In this document: positions 9,575-19,786 of the stretch, piece by piece | Position numbering within the stretch: the stretch's first letter is position 1 | How the letters are laid out: each line of letters begins with the position of its first letter | IMG/VR virus record: IMGVR_UViG_3300020161_000678 | Span: 1,232 to 65,231 of that record | Strand: one strand, 5' to 3' | Length of the DNA: 64,000 nt | DNA from: a virus | Lineage: Duplodnaviria; Caudoviricetes | Translations under genes and position numbers: made by a program | The notes under the pieces: generated by a model | Database searches by the model: none | The model's input: the letters and a program-made list of their open reading frames with translations, nothing else | Told to the model about the DNA's origin: nothing

Positions 9575-10681
9575 TTATTTGTTTCTGTTACGGAGATTAG
9601 CTAACCGATCCCGGTTATTAGATGCTGGCTTTGGTGGCTCTGGCTCATCTTCACCTTCTTCTTCATCAGGATCAAATGGCGGAGTGTCATCATCAGCAGG
9701 CTCAGGCTCAGCTTTGCGTAACGGCTTCCGTTCTGTTTTTGGCTCAGCCTTTGGCTCGGCTTTCTTTCTTTTTAAACCAAGCTCTTTTGCAATATCTTCA
9801 GCCAGTTCTTCAAGATCGTTAGCACCGTCAGGGTTGACGTCTAAGTTTTCTTGAGCGATCAAGTCCAACAACTCGTCTTCAGTAAAATCAAACAAGTCAT
9901 CATAAGATAAAGTTTCGACATTAATGCCTTTCTTTTTCTTTGGCTTGTCATGTTTCTCAGACTTGCTTGACTTGGCATCTGTTGAGCTGAAAGATGCTGC
10001 AATGTAGTCATAATCGAAAAAGATTAAGTTTGCCGCCAGTGACTTCTTATCACTGATTAAAGGCCAAATTTCTTCTTCAAAATCTTCAACTTCAGAAGGT
10101 CTTCTAGCCACCTTGATTTCGTACTTGGTATTAAGGTTAACACCGGAACGAATGATGTCTAAATCATAACCTTCGAATGGATCGTCAACGCCCAAAACTT
10201 CTTGAGTTTCTTCGTCAATGGCTTGCAGCATAATAGCTTTATCCAATGACGCTGGCATTGCCCATGCTTTAAGAACTGGCTTGGTGTTCTTACCACCACG
10301 TTCCAGCAGATAAACCAGGACACGTTGACTTGGTTTGAGCTTCTTTGCGTACTCTTCATCGGTGTCCAAAACGCGATTGCGTTCTTCACATATCGGACAT
10401 GGTTGACGAGTTAGACCAGTAACAGGATGAACTGTGTGGAATGGGCAAATGTAAGCATCTTTGTTCTGACCAATGCTGTAATGAACAGCAATGCGATATC
10501 CAAAGTGATCTGCACCGTCCCAACCAGGAGGCATCAGTCTGATCTTGTTGTTCCCTTCATTAGGTTTGAAGAGTTTAAGCTCGGGTGACAAGTAACCATC
10601 ACGAAGACCAGCATCAGACTCATTAGCCTGTTTCTTTGCTTCGTCGTAGGTACGTTTTTTGTATTCAAATTTCTTAGCCAT
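9575..10681 (-). CDS. Single-stranded DNA-binding protein (T4 gp32-like)
   Basis: LFKPNEGNNKIRLMPP, HY..G...YICP...CPICE Zn site, GYDLDI, acidic C-terminal tail; lies next to recA. Confidence 0.75.
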   Translation of the reverse strand: MAKKFEYKKRTYDEAKKQANESDAGLRDGYLSPELKLFKPNEGNNKIRLMPPGWDGADHFGYRIAVHYSIGQNKDAYICPFHTVHPVTGLTRQPCPICEERNRVLDTDEEYAKKLKPSQRVLVYLLERGGKNTKPVLKAWAMPASLDKAIMLQAIDEETQEVLGVDDPFEGYDLDIIRSGVNLNTKYEIKVARRPSEVEDFEEEIWPLISDKKSLAANLIFFDYDYIAASFSSTDAKSSKSEKHDKPKKKKGINVETLSYDDLFDFTEDELLDLIAQENLDVNPDGANDLEELAEDIAKELGLKRKKAEPKAEPKTERKPLRKAEPEPADDDTPPFDPDEEEGEDEPEPPKPASNNRDRLANLRNRNK

Positions 10682-10870
10682 TGTCTTTTCCTTTTAGAGC
10701 GTTAATGATGTTTACTAGTTCTTTTTGCAATACGTCTGATCGGCTTTTAAAATATGCCAGCGACAAGATGCGGATAGTAATATATGAAAATAATATAAAT
10801 GCTAGGAAGCCTCCTATAATGTCGAAAAATGAAATATTTGAAAACATATCTGTACTCGGTTGGTACTAAA

Positions 10871-11392
10871 CTATACCTGCGGTTTAGTACGATTGTTTCG
10901 TAAATCTGCTAATGCCTGTCGGCGTTGTTCATAGACAACATCATCAGATTTCTTTTCAGTTGATCTCACACTTGTACTCTGATAATAACCAGAAATATAC
11001 AAGTTTGAAAGCTCTCTGAGCATATGAGATCTTTGATTGAAAGCATTTACAAGAGCTTGCCATGCATCTGAAACTTCTTTTGCAACTACATAAGCTCTTA
11101 CCTTTCTGCAATACGCCTGATTACTGTCTGCCATATGCTCGATTATCTTTTCAGTAGTCTTAGCACCTGACGCGGACAACTCATCGCGTATTTCCATTGA
11201 GACTGAAGCATAACTTTCTTCCATCTCTGCTTTGGCTGTTGAAGCTATACCCGAGTATTTAGCAGATATTTCAGCAACAGCATAAAAAAGTTCTGGTTGT
11301 TGAGAAACCTCAACATCTAGCTGATGCTTGTCGATAACTAGATAACGTTTGAAGTCATCTAGCTCTTTTTGTTTTTCACTTGAAATAGACAT
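10871..11392 (-). CDS. UvsY-like recombination mediator (putative)
   Basis: Helical protein with LVIDKHQLDVEVSQQPELFY and ALVNAFNQRSHMLRELS, between ssb and the clamp loader. Start moved to MSISSE (AGGA RBS). Confidence 0.5.
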   Translation of the reverse strand: MSISSEKQKELDDFKRYLVIDKHQLDVEVSQQPELFYAVAEISAKYSGIASTAKAEMEESYASVSMEIRDELSASGAKTTEKIIEHMADSNQAYCRKVRAYVVAKEVSDAWQALVNAFNQRSHMLRELSNLYISGYYQSTSVRSTEKKSDDVVYEQRRQALADLRNNRTKPQV

Positions 11393-11402
11393 AGTATTCC
11401 TG

Positions 11403-12335
11403 TTAAAGAAGTAATCCGCCCAATGCCAACAACAGTGGAGCCATCTTTTCACTTTGATAGAATGGCTTACTGAAGGCATCCATGACTGCTAAAATCTTAG
11501 TTGCCTGAGAATCGCTTTTAGCGTTCAATAATACCTTGGACATATAAGCTAACGTAACTAATCTGATTGATTCAGGGTTTTGACCATCAAGACGCTTAAC
11601 AATAGCTAATGCGTCCATGAATGATATACCTTTAACAAGTCCCCGACATAATTCAATTACGTCACCTTCTTCAGAATCCGGTTCAGATAATACTCTGCGT
11701 ATTTCTTTTATGTCATCCAGTCCACCACATTTGGCAAGCATAGTTAATGCTCTACGAGGCGAACCGTAGCAAGAAGAAGCAATCAGACTTAAACCTTTCT
11801 CAGGAACTTCTAGCGTTTCTTCTTCATTGACAATGGCAATTAAATCCATAATGTCATCTGACGAAACTTCGCTAAGAGTATATGACAAACAGCGTGTCTT
11901 TATAGTATCAGGAACTTTGTCTACTTCAGTGGTGCAAAAGAAGAAGTACACATGTTTAGGAGGCTCTTCAATCACTTTCAGTAAAGACTGCCATGCTGGT
12001 TTTGTAATAGCGTGGCACTCATCAAGGATTATAACTTTAGTTGGGCTAGATCCAAAACCTGAATACTGCAATGGTTCTTGCAACGCTCTCATATCGTCGA
12101 TCCCGTTACGAGATGCAGCATCAATTTCAGATATGTTTCTGGGGTCAGCTCCCAACTTATTAGCAATGATTCTGGCTAACGTAGTCTTACCGCAGCCAGA
12201 ACCACCAACAAATAAGAACGCATGAGGCCAACTGCCTTTAGACTCAAGATGTTTCAGACTTTTAACGACGGAATCTTGTCCAATCATTTCGTCAAAATCT
12301 TGTGGTCGGTATTTTACATGAAGGTCATTATTCAT
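11403..12335 (-). CDS. dnaX: DNA polymerase III gamma/tau-like clamp loader
   Basis: KYRPQDFDEMIGQ, GGSGCGKTTLAR, EIDAASRNGIDD, IILDECH, LLKVIEEPP, TIKTRC. Confidence 0.9.
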   Translation of the reverse strand: MNNDLHVKYRPQDFDEMIGQDSVVKSLKHLESKGSWPHAFLFVGGSGCGKTTLARIIANKLGADPRNISEIDAASRNGIDDMRALQEPLQYSGFGSSPTKVIILDECHAITKPAWQSLLKVIEEPPKHVYFFFCTTEVDKVPDTIKTRCLSYTLSEVSSDDIMDLIAIVNEEETLEVPEKGLSLIASSCYGSPRRALTMLAKCGGLDDIKEIRRVLSEPDSEEGDVIELCRGLVKGISFMDALAIVKRLDGQNPESIRLVTLAYMSKVLLNAKSDSQATKILAVMDAFSKPFYQSEKMAPLLLALGGLLL

Positions 12336-12358
12336 TTGTTGTCTCGGATATTAAATTA

Positions 12359-13285
12359 TTAACCAGCAAATAGATCTGTTAGCTTCTTGCTAAGTTCTAG
12401 TGCTTCCAACGTTTTCTCAGCAGATAAGCCTTCAACAGTTTCTGCAACAGGTTTAGACTTAGCAGCCTTTTTTAGCTTGTTCATACATCTGACTTCTTGT
12501 CTAAAGTCAGTTTGTTCTGCTGCAAGAGCAGCAACTTGTTTAGGATTAATAGGTGTTACGTTTGCTGTACCTTCTTTCTCAGCTTTTTTCTTAGCCCCTT
12601 TTGCTTTTAAACCAGATTCAAATCTTTCTATGACTTCTCCATTATGGTGTACCCAGTCAAGCATATCTTTATACAAAGCAGATAGAATCATATCTGGTAC
12701 TGAAAAGCTTGATGGTGAAAGTCTACTAATTGGACTAATAAAGCCATCGTCCAGTTTTAAGAACCTTTCATTGTCTTTGACCGCCTGTTCCAATTCTTTC
12801 GCCATAGTAGGAGGAATGAACATATCAACAGTCTGGCACTTACCTTGCCAAAAATACTTAGGACGTTGAGTTCGTTCACCTCGCTGTTTTTTTAACGCTA
12901 AAGCCTTTTCATACTCTTCAGCTTCTTGCCTCAGAATGTAAGGTTTTCTAGTTTGATTTAATCGCACCTTGCTAGTGATAAGATCTACTAACGGTAGTGG
13001 TGTAGGAAACGTAGCATCATTTTTTCCATGAAAATGATCTTCACCAGGATTGTCATAAAAGACATCATCAAGTTGTTTGCTAAAAGTTTCTCTTAATCTA
13101 GCACCACGTTCTAACATGTAGACCTTTGGAAGTCTTACCTTTGTGCTAGATAGTTCTGTTCCTCGCTTTCGCGCAGCAGGATCCTTGTTTGGTGAATCTC
13201 TCTTTTTAGCATGTTTCTCGTCAAGCTCGCTTGCAACTACTGTCAAGACTTCCATTGTTGTTTTACCTTTTATCTTAGTAGCCAT
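12359..13285 (-). CDS. Hypothetical basic protein
   Basis: 308-aa ORF with GGAG RBS; no motif recognised. Confidence 0.6.
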   Translation of the reverse strand: MATKIKGKTTMEVLTVVASELDEKHAKKRDSPNKDPAARKRGTELSSTKVRLPKVYMLERGARLRETFSKQLDDVFYDNPGEDHFHGKNDATFPTPLPLVDLITSKVRLNQTRKPYILRQEAEEYEKALALKKQRGERTQRPKYFWQGKCQTVDMFIPPTMAKELEQAVKDNERFLKLDDGFISPISRLSPSSFSVPDMILSALYKDMLDWVHHNGEVIERFESGLKAKGAKKKAEKEGTANVTPINPKQVAALAAEQTDFRQEVRCMNKLKKAAKSKPVAETVEGLSAEKTLEALELSKKLTDLFAG

Positions 13286-13341
13286 TGTCGTATCTCCGAA
13301 TTGTAGTGTTGGCGTTTACCACACCAACACTGTACCTTAGA

Positions 13342-15885
13342 TTACTTATAAAAATCAAATGACTTGTGGAGTTTCTTTGGCACTTCTATGAACTCAGTTG
13401 AGCAGAATGTATCTATCTCTTCTTGTTCGTACCAATTTCTGCCATAAGACATCTCGCATGTTAATGGGACATTAAGCCAGGGATAATCCCTGGTGTCGCA
13501 CATTAGTCTGGCAATCGTCATTACTTGTTCTTCAAGCTGATCTTCTGGAATGTACGAAACAATATCGTCATGAACCTGCATGACTGTTTGGATACCAGCG
13601 TCACAAATCTTATTCATGGCATTAACGCAAAGTCTAGCCGCTGCACCTTGAATAGGACTGTTAATTATCTCGTTATAAGATAACGGCCCATGACGTCTGA
13701 AACCCATTAGTGTTTCAACATAACCATGCTCTTTATAGAAGTCCACTAACCACTGTTGCCACTTCTTAATACCTGCGAACACATACCAGAACTCTTCATT
13801 CATTTCTAGCATGATCTCTTTTGGTATCTTCATTGCAGGAGCGATGCTATAAATCGAGCTGCCATAGAACTGAGGAAACGTCCATTGGTTTTTAACATCA
13901 CCACGAAACTTCTTCATGACTTTAGGATCATCAAGAAATTGTTCACCACCAATACGAGCTGGATATGCTTCGGCTATTCGCTTCGCCCAGTCCATATGCA
14001 CATCGTAGTTTTCCCAGACCATTTTACAGTAAGTAGGATCTTGAGTAGCCACCGCTATCAACCTACCTTCAATCTGACCATAGTCCGAACAAACCATGTA
14101 ATGCCCTTCAGGTGCCTTAATAACTTTACGAATGTCTTTGCCTTTACGGTTAGGGAAATTCTGTAAGTTAGGATCAGAACATGAAAGCCTGTTGGTGCTG
14201 GCAAACAGATGGTTGAATGAAGCGTGAATTCTTCCATCAACTGTGTCTGAGTGCTTGAAGATTGGATCAATATATGTTCCTTTCTTCTTAGCAACAGCTC
14301 TGTTTTTCAGCAGCAATGCACCGATGGGATGTTCGATTTTAGATAGCACAGACTCATCAGATGACTCTTTACCATCAACCTTAACCTCATCAGTTAGACC
14401 ACAAATGTTTTTCAAGAACACCAGCACTTGAGATGGAGAATCAATATTGAAATTACCATAGCGAGATTCATACGTCTTAACATCACGCATTGATTTTATC
14501 TCATGCAAAATTTCTTTCAATTCAGCATCGTATTTGTTAAAATACTCTAAAGTGACTTCTTTATCAGGTTCCACACCATTGATTTGAGTTCTTGCTAAAG
14601 TAGAACTTGATCTTATTAAATCAAGATATACGTTTTCTAGTCCCAGTTCCTCGATGATTGCCTTTTGCTTTTTAAACAATAAGTCTGTCCACTTAACGTC
14701 TAAAGTGTTATAAGGCAATATCTCATCGAAAGTGTACTTCTCAAGATCAGATCTATCCAAGTTTGAAATAGCCTTCAGGTTAAAACCAAAGTATTGACGA
14801 ACCAAGAAATCCAAGTTATGAGTTCTCATCAATTCGTTAATAACGTATGCCTGAGCCTGTGAGCAATTCCACTTCCGCCAATCAACCAGTACATCAGGAC
14901 CAAAGAACACACCAGTCCACTCTTGCTCAAATTTGGCGTTATGGCATACAAACTCTTTTACATTTAGGAAAAATGTATGCAAGCGTTCTACCAAACGTTT
15001 CTTCTGAGAAGCTGACCACCATTCACCTTTATATTGAAAAGGAAATGCTATGGTGTAATCATATGTTCCGAACGATAAGGAAAGCAGTCTGCTATCACTA
15101 CGGTATGGACTCAGTTGATTGGTTTCAATATCATACGATACCAAATCAAGTGTCTCAAAATAGTCAAGCCATTTGAAGATTTTTTCAAGATTTTCTTCAG
15201 TAGGCTCTTTAGTCCATTCAGTGTTAGCTATCCTGTCCGCTTTGGTTGGAATCCAAGGCACTGTTGAAAGTTTGAACTTCTCAAGACTTTTGACATGCTC
15301 AAGAAAATAACCATCCCACTCAGTTTCAAACACCTTTTCTTTCTTAACACGTTGTTTAGACATTATGAAAGAAGGGCTGTGCATTGGATATAACCAACAA
15401 GTATGACCACCAATCTTTACTGGAATAAATTTACCAGCATAGTTGCGCTCAGATGATTCGTTTAATACCCAATTAATGGCCTCGCTGCCAACTGCCACAA
15501 TAACCTTTGGCTTGGTCTTGGCAATGTCTGCCTCAACCCGTATCCTGCAACAAGTATATTCAAGTTCTGTAACCGACTTCCTTGAGAAGCAGTTTAAGAC
15601 TGAATTGAATCTTGATCTGTCAAGTGTGTCCTCTCTAAATTTGGACAACATGTATTCCATTTCGTCGCCTTCAAAGTATGAAGATGCATCGTCTTGGTCT
15701 GATGTTGCTCTTGGTAACAGGAAGTAGTAGTCAGGATTATCCACACCTTCAGGAGTCATTTTAGGAGTTGCAACATCTGCCCTATTTAAAGGACAGATCT
15801 TACAACCTAAAAGCTTTGCTGAGTGAAGTGGGAGCTTTGACGAGACTACGGGAACTGCTTCTGAATCTCTAAAGAAAAAGCTCAT
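13342..15885 (-). CDS. polA: Family A DNA polymerase with N-terminal UDG-like domain and 3'-5' exonuclease
   Basis: N-terminus CKICPL...CCR...KPKVIVAVG...HSPSF (family-4 UDG-like); exo YDIET and HNAKFE; pol RLSCSDPNLQNFP, DYGQIEGR, YGS, QVHDDI. Confidence 0.92.
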   Translation of the reverse strand: MSFFFRDSEAVPVVSSKLPLHSAKLLGCKICPLNRADVATPKMTPEGVDNPDYYFLLPRATSDQDDASSYFEGDEMEYMLSKFREDTLDRSRFNSVLNCFSRKSVTELEYTCCRIRVEADIAKTKPKVIVAVGSEAINWVLNESSERNYAGKFIPVKIGGHTCWLYPMHSPSFIMSKQRVKKEKVFETEWDGYFLEHVKSLEKFKLSTVPWIPTKADRIANTEWTKEPTEENLEKIFKWLDYFETLDLVSYDIETNQLSPYRSDSRLLSLSFGTYDYTIAFPFQYKGEWWSASQKKRLVERLHTFFLNVKEFVCHNAKFEQEWTGVFFGPDVLVDWRKWNCSQAQAYVINELMRTHNLDFLVRQYFGFNLKAISNLDRSDLEKYTFDEILPYNTLDVKWTDLLFKKQKAIIEELGLENVYLDLIRSSSTLARTQINGVEPDKEVTLEYFNKYDAELKEILHEIKSMRDVKTYESRYGNFNIDSPSQVLVFLKNICGLTDEVKVDGKESSDESVLSKIEHPIGALLLKNRAVAKKKGTYIDPIFKHSDTVDGRIHASFNHLFASTNRLSCSDPNLQNFPNRKGKDIRKVIKAPEGHYMVCSDYGQIEGRLIAVATQDPTYCKMVWENYDVHMDWAKRIAEAYPARIGGEQFLDDPKVMKKFRGDVKNQWTFPQFYGSSIYSIAPAMKIPKEIMLEMNEEFWYVFAGIKKWQQWLVDFYKEHGYVETLMGFRRHGPLSYNEIINSPIQGAAARLCVNAMNKICDAGIQTVMQVHDDIVSYIPEDQLEEQVMTIARLMCDTRDYPWLNVPLTCEMSYGRNWYEQEEIDTFCSTEFIEVPKKLHKSFDFYK

Positions 15886-15891
15886 TATTAA

Positions 15892-16998
15892 TTACCCACT
15901 AATATCTACAGCACCAATAACGTGAAGAAAATTTCCATTGCAACCGCTTAACGCAATGAATCTTTTATCTTTGCTGAACCCAAAGGCAATGTGGCTCATG
16001 GTAGTCAGTACCCGTTTAATCAATTCAGGATTGATTTTAAGATCACCAGTAGGAACAGCCGAGTCCATTTCAATTGAGTCATCGCTGATTCCAGACTTAG
16101 TCGTAGTATCAACCACCAAGTTCTTTCCTCTGCTTTGGAACACTGTGATTTCACGCTCATCCGGTGTGACCAGGATACACGCTCTGTCAATGATGTTTGA
16201 TAACTCATCAGGAATTTCATACCAAGATGCAATCATCTGCTCATACATCTCAGTGGTGCCTTTGTAGTTAGATTTTCTTTCTAACTCAATGAGCCTGGTG
16301 AACACTGTCACATCTGTATCCACTTCAGCAACCAAGAATGAATTATCTTCTTCTTGCGATACCAGGATGCGAATAAAGTTTGATTCTTCAATTTCAGATG
16401 ACTTGGTTTTAGTCAGACGAATCAACTGCTCACAGAACGCACTTGGAATAATCAAGTCGATTGAACATTCTGGCACGTTTGGAGAGTCGTAGCTATACCG
16501 ACTCAAGGAGTATTCGTCCATTGAGTAGAATTCTAAGTGTCTGTCTTTTATAATCAATCTGACACCGTTTCTTTCAGGGTTTGAAAGATCGTGAGACGTA
16601 CTGATTAAACAGTTAGACATACCACTGATAACGTCAAGCGGAATGTTTATTGCTTCGCATTTTGAAAGATCAGGCATTGAGAAAATGAAATCTTCTTTAG
16701 GAAGTGACGGAAGCTTGATTACCGATCTGCCACACTTAAAATTAACTTCATCTGGTTTTTGAATAATCTCGACATCCTTTCTTGGAAGTGATGCCAACAT
16801 CTTCACCAGTAATGTGCCTGGTAATGCACATTCCAAGCCGCTTTCAAACTTGTATTCTATAGCCTGCATATCGTTATACGCCACGACCTTACCGTCACCA
16901 AAACAGAAGTGAGTTAAGATTGGAGCAAACGATTTCTGCATTAAGAAAGGGGTACACTTGCCTACCACACTTTCTATGATGGTCTTATTTATTGTCAT
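15892..16998 (-). CDS. dnaN: DNA polymerase III beta-like sliding clamp
   Basis: 368 aa, PILTHF, LPGTLL..MLASLP, KCGRS.IKLPSLPKEDF, clamp-like three-domain length. Confidence 0.75.
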   Translation of the reverse strand: MTINKTIIESVVGKCTPFLMQKSFAPILTHFCFGDGKVVAYNDMQAIEYKFESGLECALPGTLLVKMLASLPRKDVEIIQKPDEVNFKCGRSVIKLPSLPKEDFIFSMPDLSKCEAINIPLDVISGMSNCLISTSHDLSNPERNGVRLIIKDRHLEFYSMDEYSLSRYSYDSPNVPECSIDLIIPSAFCEQLIRLTKTKSSEIEESNFIRILVSQEEDNSFLVAEVDTDVTVFTRLIELERKSNYKGTTEMYEQMIASWYEIPDELSNIIDRACILVTPDEREITVFQSRGKNLVVDTTTKSGISDDSIEMDSAVPTGDLKINPELIKRVLTTMSHIAFGFSKDKRFIALSGCNGNFLHVIGAVDISG

Positions 16999-18616
16999 GT
17001 AAAGTCTCCGTCATGCTTATTTGCACCTTATAATTGCCGGAACTCAATTGATTTCTTATGGCTTGGAAAGCTGCTTTATGGCAGTCCTCTAAAGTCATAG
17101 TCTTTGGCAATGTTAATTCAAAATCCAACAATTCGATTGTTGGCGTAATTGTTACAGATACAATCTGACTTACATCAGATGCACTGATAACATTGAGATA
17201 CTCATTCAAATCCTCTTCTGTTTCACAAAGATCTGATACCTCAATTTCTTTAGGAAGCTCAACCACTTTTGTGACTTCTTCAACCAGTGCTTCTACTGGA
17301 GGTTGCGGTACACCCATTGGTCGAGGCTTGATAGCGAACTTCTTGCGCTCTAATATTTTACCTACGTCGAATCCCATTTGTCTTTTAGGAGCCTCTTCTC
17401 GGTTTTGTTTAAACTCAACCTCATTCAAGACCGAACTGTTAAGTTCTTCAAGACTGAGGTCTTCTAAGTGTGGTTTATCAGCCAACGAAACTTCATACCT
17501 GCGTCTGGAATCAAGTGTAACCGATATGATTGCTTTACGATGTTCTTCCATAGCATCCATATGTTCCAGATCAAGTAAACCTCTGTTGAAATATTCTTTA
17601 ATAGCCAGGTTTGAGTTTGCATAGGCATCGTACCAGTAGCTCAATAAGAACTTTAGGTCGTTTTCTCGCTTTAAAATGCGATCAACAATCCGTAAAGTAT
17701 TTGGAACAGTGTTGGTGGACGATGCTGCTGTACCTGCGAGATATAAGTTTCCACCATGACCAAAATCGAATGTTCTTTCATAATGTTTCTTTAACTCTTT
17801 TTCAGCATTAATGAAGAACATTGCATTGATGTAATCTCTTTCGTAGTAGCCAGGATTGCCTTCAGCTTGCGCCAAGGTTGCATCAGCTTCAATGGACTGA
17901 AGATAATCTTCCAGCATCCTAATGTCAATGCTTGTCAGCTTGAGTAGGTGTGAAGCGTCTGAGTATCTACCCATAGTCATGGGTACTGCTCTGACCTTTT
18001 GTGGGAAGTAGTTATATCCGGTAACTAGATTGTTTTTAACAATGAAGTCAGGAACTTGAATATGACCTAACCGTGATCCAAATGACCATGTACTGGCATC
18101 ACATGAATAGAATGGATACATTCGCAGCCCTTCTAAAGCATTGGCAGCGAATCCGTGAACTTTTACTCTTGGTGAACCATCAGGGCGTTGAACGTACTCC
18201 TTGAACACTTTTTTGATCCAAGGTTTGAACGCCTCAATATCTTTCCCTTTGTTGATGATACCGACCCCAAAGTAATCATAGTTATCTACAATTTTAGATA
18301 ACCATGAAAAGTCTTCTCCTAAGTGAAATGCTGGGATAGGATGAAGTCCATTTGACTCCATGTACTTCAAAATATCCCAGGTGTACTTAGCATGTCCGAT
18401 AACATCCAAGGTGACATAGAATTCAAAAGAAGGTCCCATCTCATGCAAATAACCGATGTACCGATCCAAAAAGCTTTTAAACAATCTTGATCGTACTACC
18501 CTGAAATCTACACCCTCAGATCCTCTGAAGTTGTTGTTACCTTCTTCCTTAAGAAATTTGTTGTACCAGCTATGCGCTCCTGAATCTAGCGATAACCAAA
18601 ATGACTTACCTTCCAT
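16985..18616 (-). CDS. TGT/DpdA-like guanine transglycosylase-fold protein with C-terminal extension
   Basis: LDSGAHS, YVTLDVIG, PIPAFHLGED, KVHGFA, YPFYSCDASTW; FolE and QueD-like genes nearby. Confidence 0.7.
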   Translation of the reverse strand: MEGKSFWLSLDSGAHSWYNKFLKEEGNNNFRGSEGVDFRVVRSRLFKSFLDRYIGYLHEMGPSFEFYVTLDVIGHAKYTWDILKYMESNGLHPIPAFHLGEDFSWLSKIVDNYDYFGVGIINKGKDIEAFKPWIKKVFKEYVQRPDGSPRVKVHGFAANALEGLRMYPFYSCDASTWSFGSRLGHIQVPDFIVKNNLVTGYNYFPQKVRAVPMTMGRYSDASHLLKLTSIDIRMLEDYLQSIEADATLAQAEGNPGYYERDYINAMFFINAEKELKKHYERTFDFGHGGNLYLAGTAASSTNTVPNTLRIVDRILKRENDLKFLLSYWYDAYANSNLAIKEYFNRGLLDLEHMDAMEEHRKAIISVTLDSRRRYEVSLADKPHLEDLSLEELNSSVLNEVEFKQNREEAPKRQMGFDVGKILERKKFAIKPRPMGVPQPPVEALVEEVTKVVELPKEIEVSDLCETEEDLNEYLNVISASDVSQIVSVTITPTIELLDFELTLPKTMTLEDCHKAAFQAIRNQLSSGNYKVQISMTETLHDNK

Positions 18617-18632
18617 ACCACCTCTTATAATG

Positions 18633-19106
18633 TTATTCTTGCCTAATTGGTACGTCGAGTCTGTTTGAATGGAAAGCGGCTATTGCTGCCAACTTACCAT
18701 GAGCCTCGTCACGTTTCCGTACCTCCGCATCTGTTAGCAACTTTACCTCAGTGTTAACCAGAATGTTTGCTGCCTTTTTCATTTCTTTGGCAAAAGATGA
18801 TTTTAAGTTATCCATAGCAAAGTTAGTTTGCTCTGTAGGCTTAATGATCTGATAGCCAACTCCTCTAACAGATCGTAAGCACTTCTTGTACTCAGTAAGC
18901 ATAGCCCATCTGAATCCCTCCATGTTTTGGAGGAACTCAAAATTGAACTTTTCAAACTCTTTCTTAGTACAAACTTCTGGTTCAACTAATGCAAAGTTCT
19001 TATAGAGCCATTCTTTTGAAATGGTTTCGCCATAATCAAACAAACGATTGGCTCTATAAGCGGCAGAAATGAAGATCTTTTCGAGATCACCTTCTACCTT
19101 GTCCAT
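18633..19106 (-). CDS. Putative winged-helix protein, partner of the Cas7-like gene
   Basis: FDYGETISKEWL...LRSVRGVGYQII wing-like motif followed by a helical C-terminus; starts 1 nt after the Cas7-like stop. Confidence 0.55.
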   Translation of the reverse strand: MDKVEGDLEKIFISAAYRANRLFDYGETISKEWLYKNFALVEPEVCTKKEFEKFNFEFLQNMEGFRWAMLTEYKKCLRSVRGVGYQIIKPTEQTNFAMDNLKSSFAKEMKKAANILVNTEVKLLTDAEVRKRDEAHGKLAAIAAFHSNRLDVPIRQE

Positions 19107-19107
19107 G

Positions 19108-19713
19108 TTAGCTCTCGTCTTTTATACGCATTGATTTAAAGCTTTCGACCTTGAAGCGTCCGAACATGCCACCCTTTTCAGGTCTGAAGCCGCCCAAGCC
19201 AACATACTTACCTGCGTCAACAGCAGATTTAATAAGTTGGGCTTCGTCAATGACTTTCTCATCCCAAATACAGTTAACTGTCAAGCTCCAAGGGTTGAAC
19301 TTGGGACGGTATGCCATAACTCTTGACTTACCGATAACCACACTTCTGCAATCGTAGTATTTACCTTCCCACAATTCATCCTTGGTTAATTTTGCACCGT
19401 ACTCTAATGGTACGAAATCGTCAAGGCAAAGCAGACCACGTTTCAAGTGCATGCCTAGCTTGCTAAGTTTTCCGCCGTTGATGATAGTGGCACGGATGTT
19501 TTGAGTTGGAATGATTACTCCAGCTTCGTCATCCCAGTACAAAGAGCCTTCCCACTGACCTCTGGCAATAGCCAAATGATCTTCGTAGGTTTTCTTTTGT
19601 TTATTGGTGAGAACTTTCTGTCTTACTGCATCTTTGTCAATTGGGTTCGCCAATCGGTCGCATGAGAGTAAAATAGGTGAACTGCCTTTGATGTTTAAGG
19701 TTGTTTGGTACAT
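19108..19713 (-). CDS. Stand-alone Cas7/RAMP-like protein (Vipr-like)
   Basis: N-terminal strand TLNIKGSSPILL, IIPTQNIRATI (RAMP IP..x.IKG-like), RPKFNPWSLTV, C-terminal glycine-rich loop AGKYVGLGGFRPEKGGMFGRFKV. Start moved to MYQTT (GGAG RBS). Confidence 0.75.
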   Translation of the reverse strand: MYQTTLNIKGSSPILLSCDRLANPIDKDAVRQKVLTNKQKKTYEDHLAIARGQWEGSLYWDDEAGVIIPTQNIRATIINGGKLSKLGMHLKRGLLCLDDFVPLEYGAKLTKDELWEGKYYDCRSVVIGKSRVMAYRPKFNPWSLTVNCIWDEKVIDEAQLIKSAVDAGKYVGLGGFRPEKGGMFGRFKVESFKSMRIKDES

Positions 19714-19728
19714 GACTTTCTCCAATTT

Positions 19729-19755
19729 GTGCTATGCCCACCGCGGGCGGCGCAC
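19729..19755 (-). other. GC-rich hairpin between the array and the Cas7-like RBS
   Basis: GTGC-GCC-GCCC-GCGGT-GGGC-ATA-GCAC, anomalously GC-rich; no U-tract, so not called a terminator. Confidence 0.5.
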
Positions 19756-19786
19756 GTTAATTAATAGTCTTACGTTAGCGATTTTA

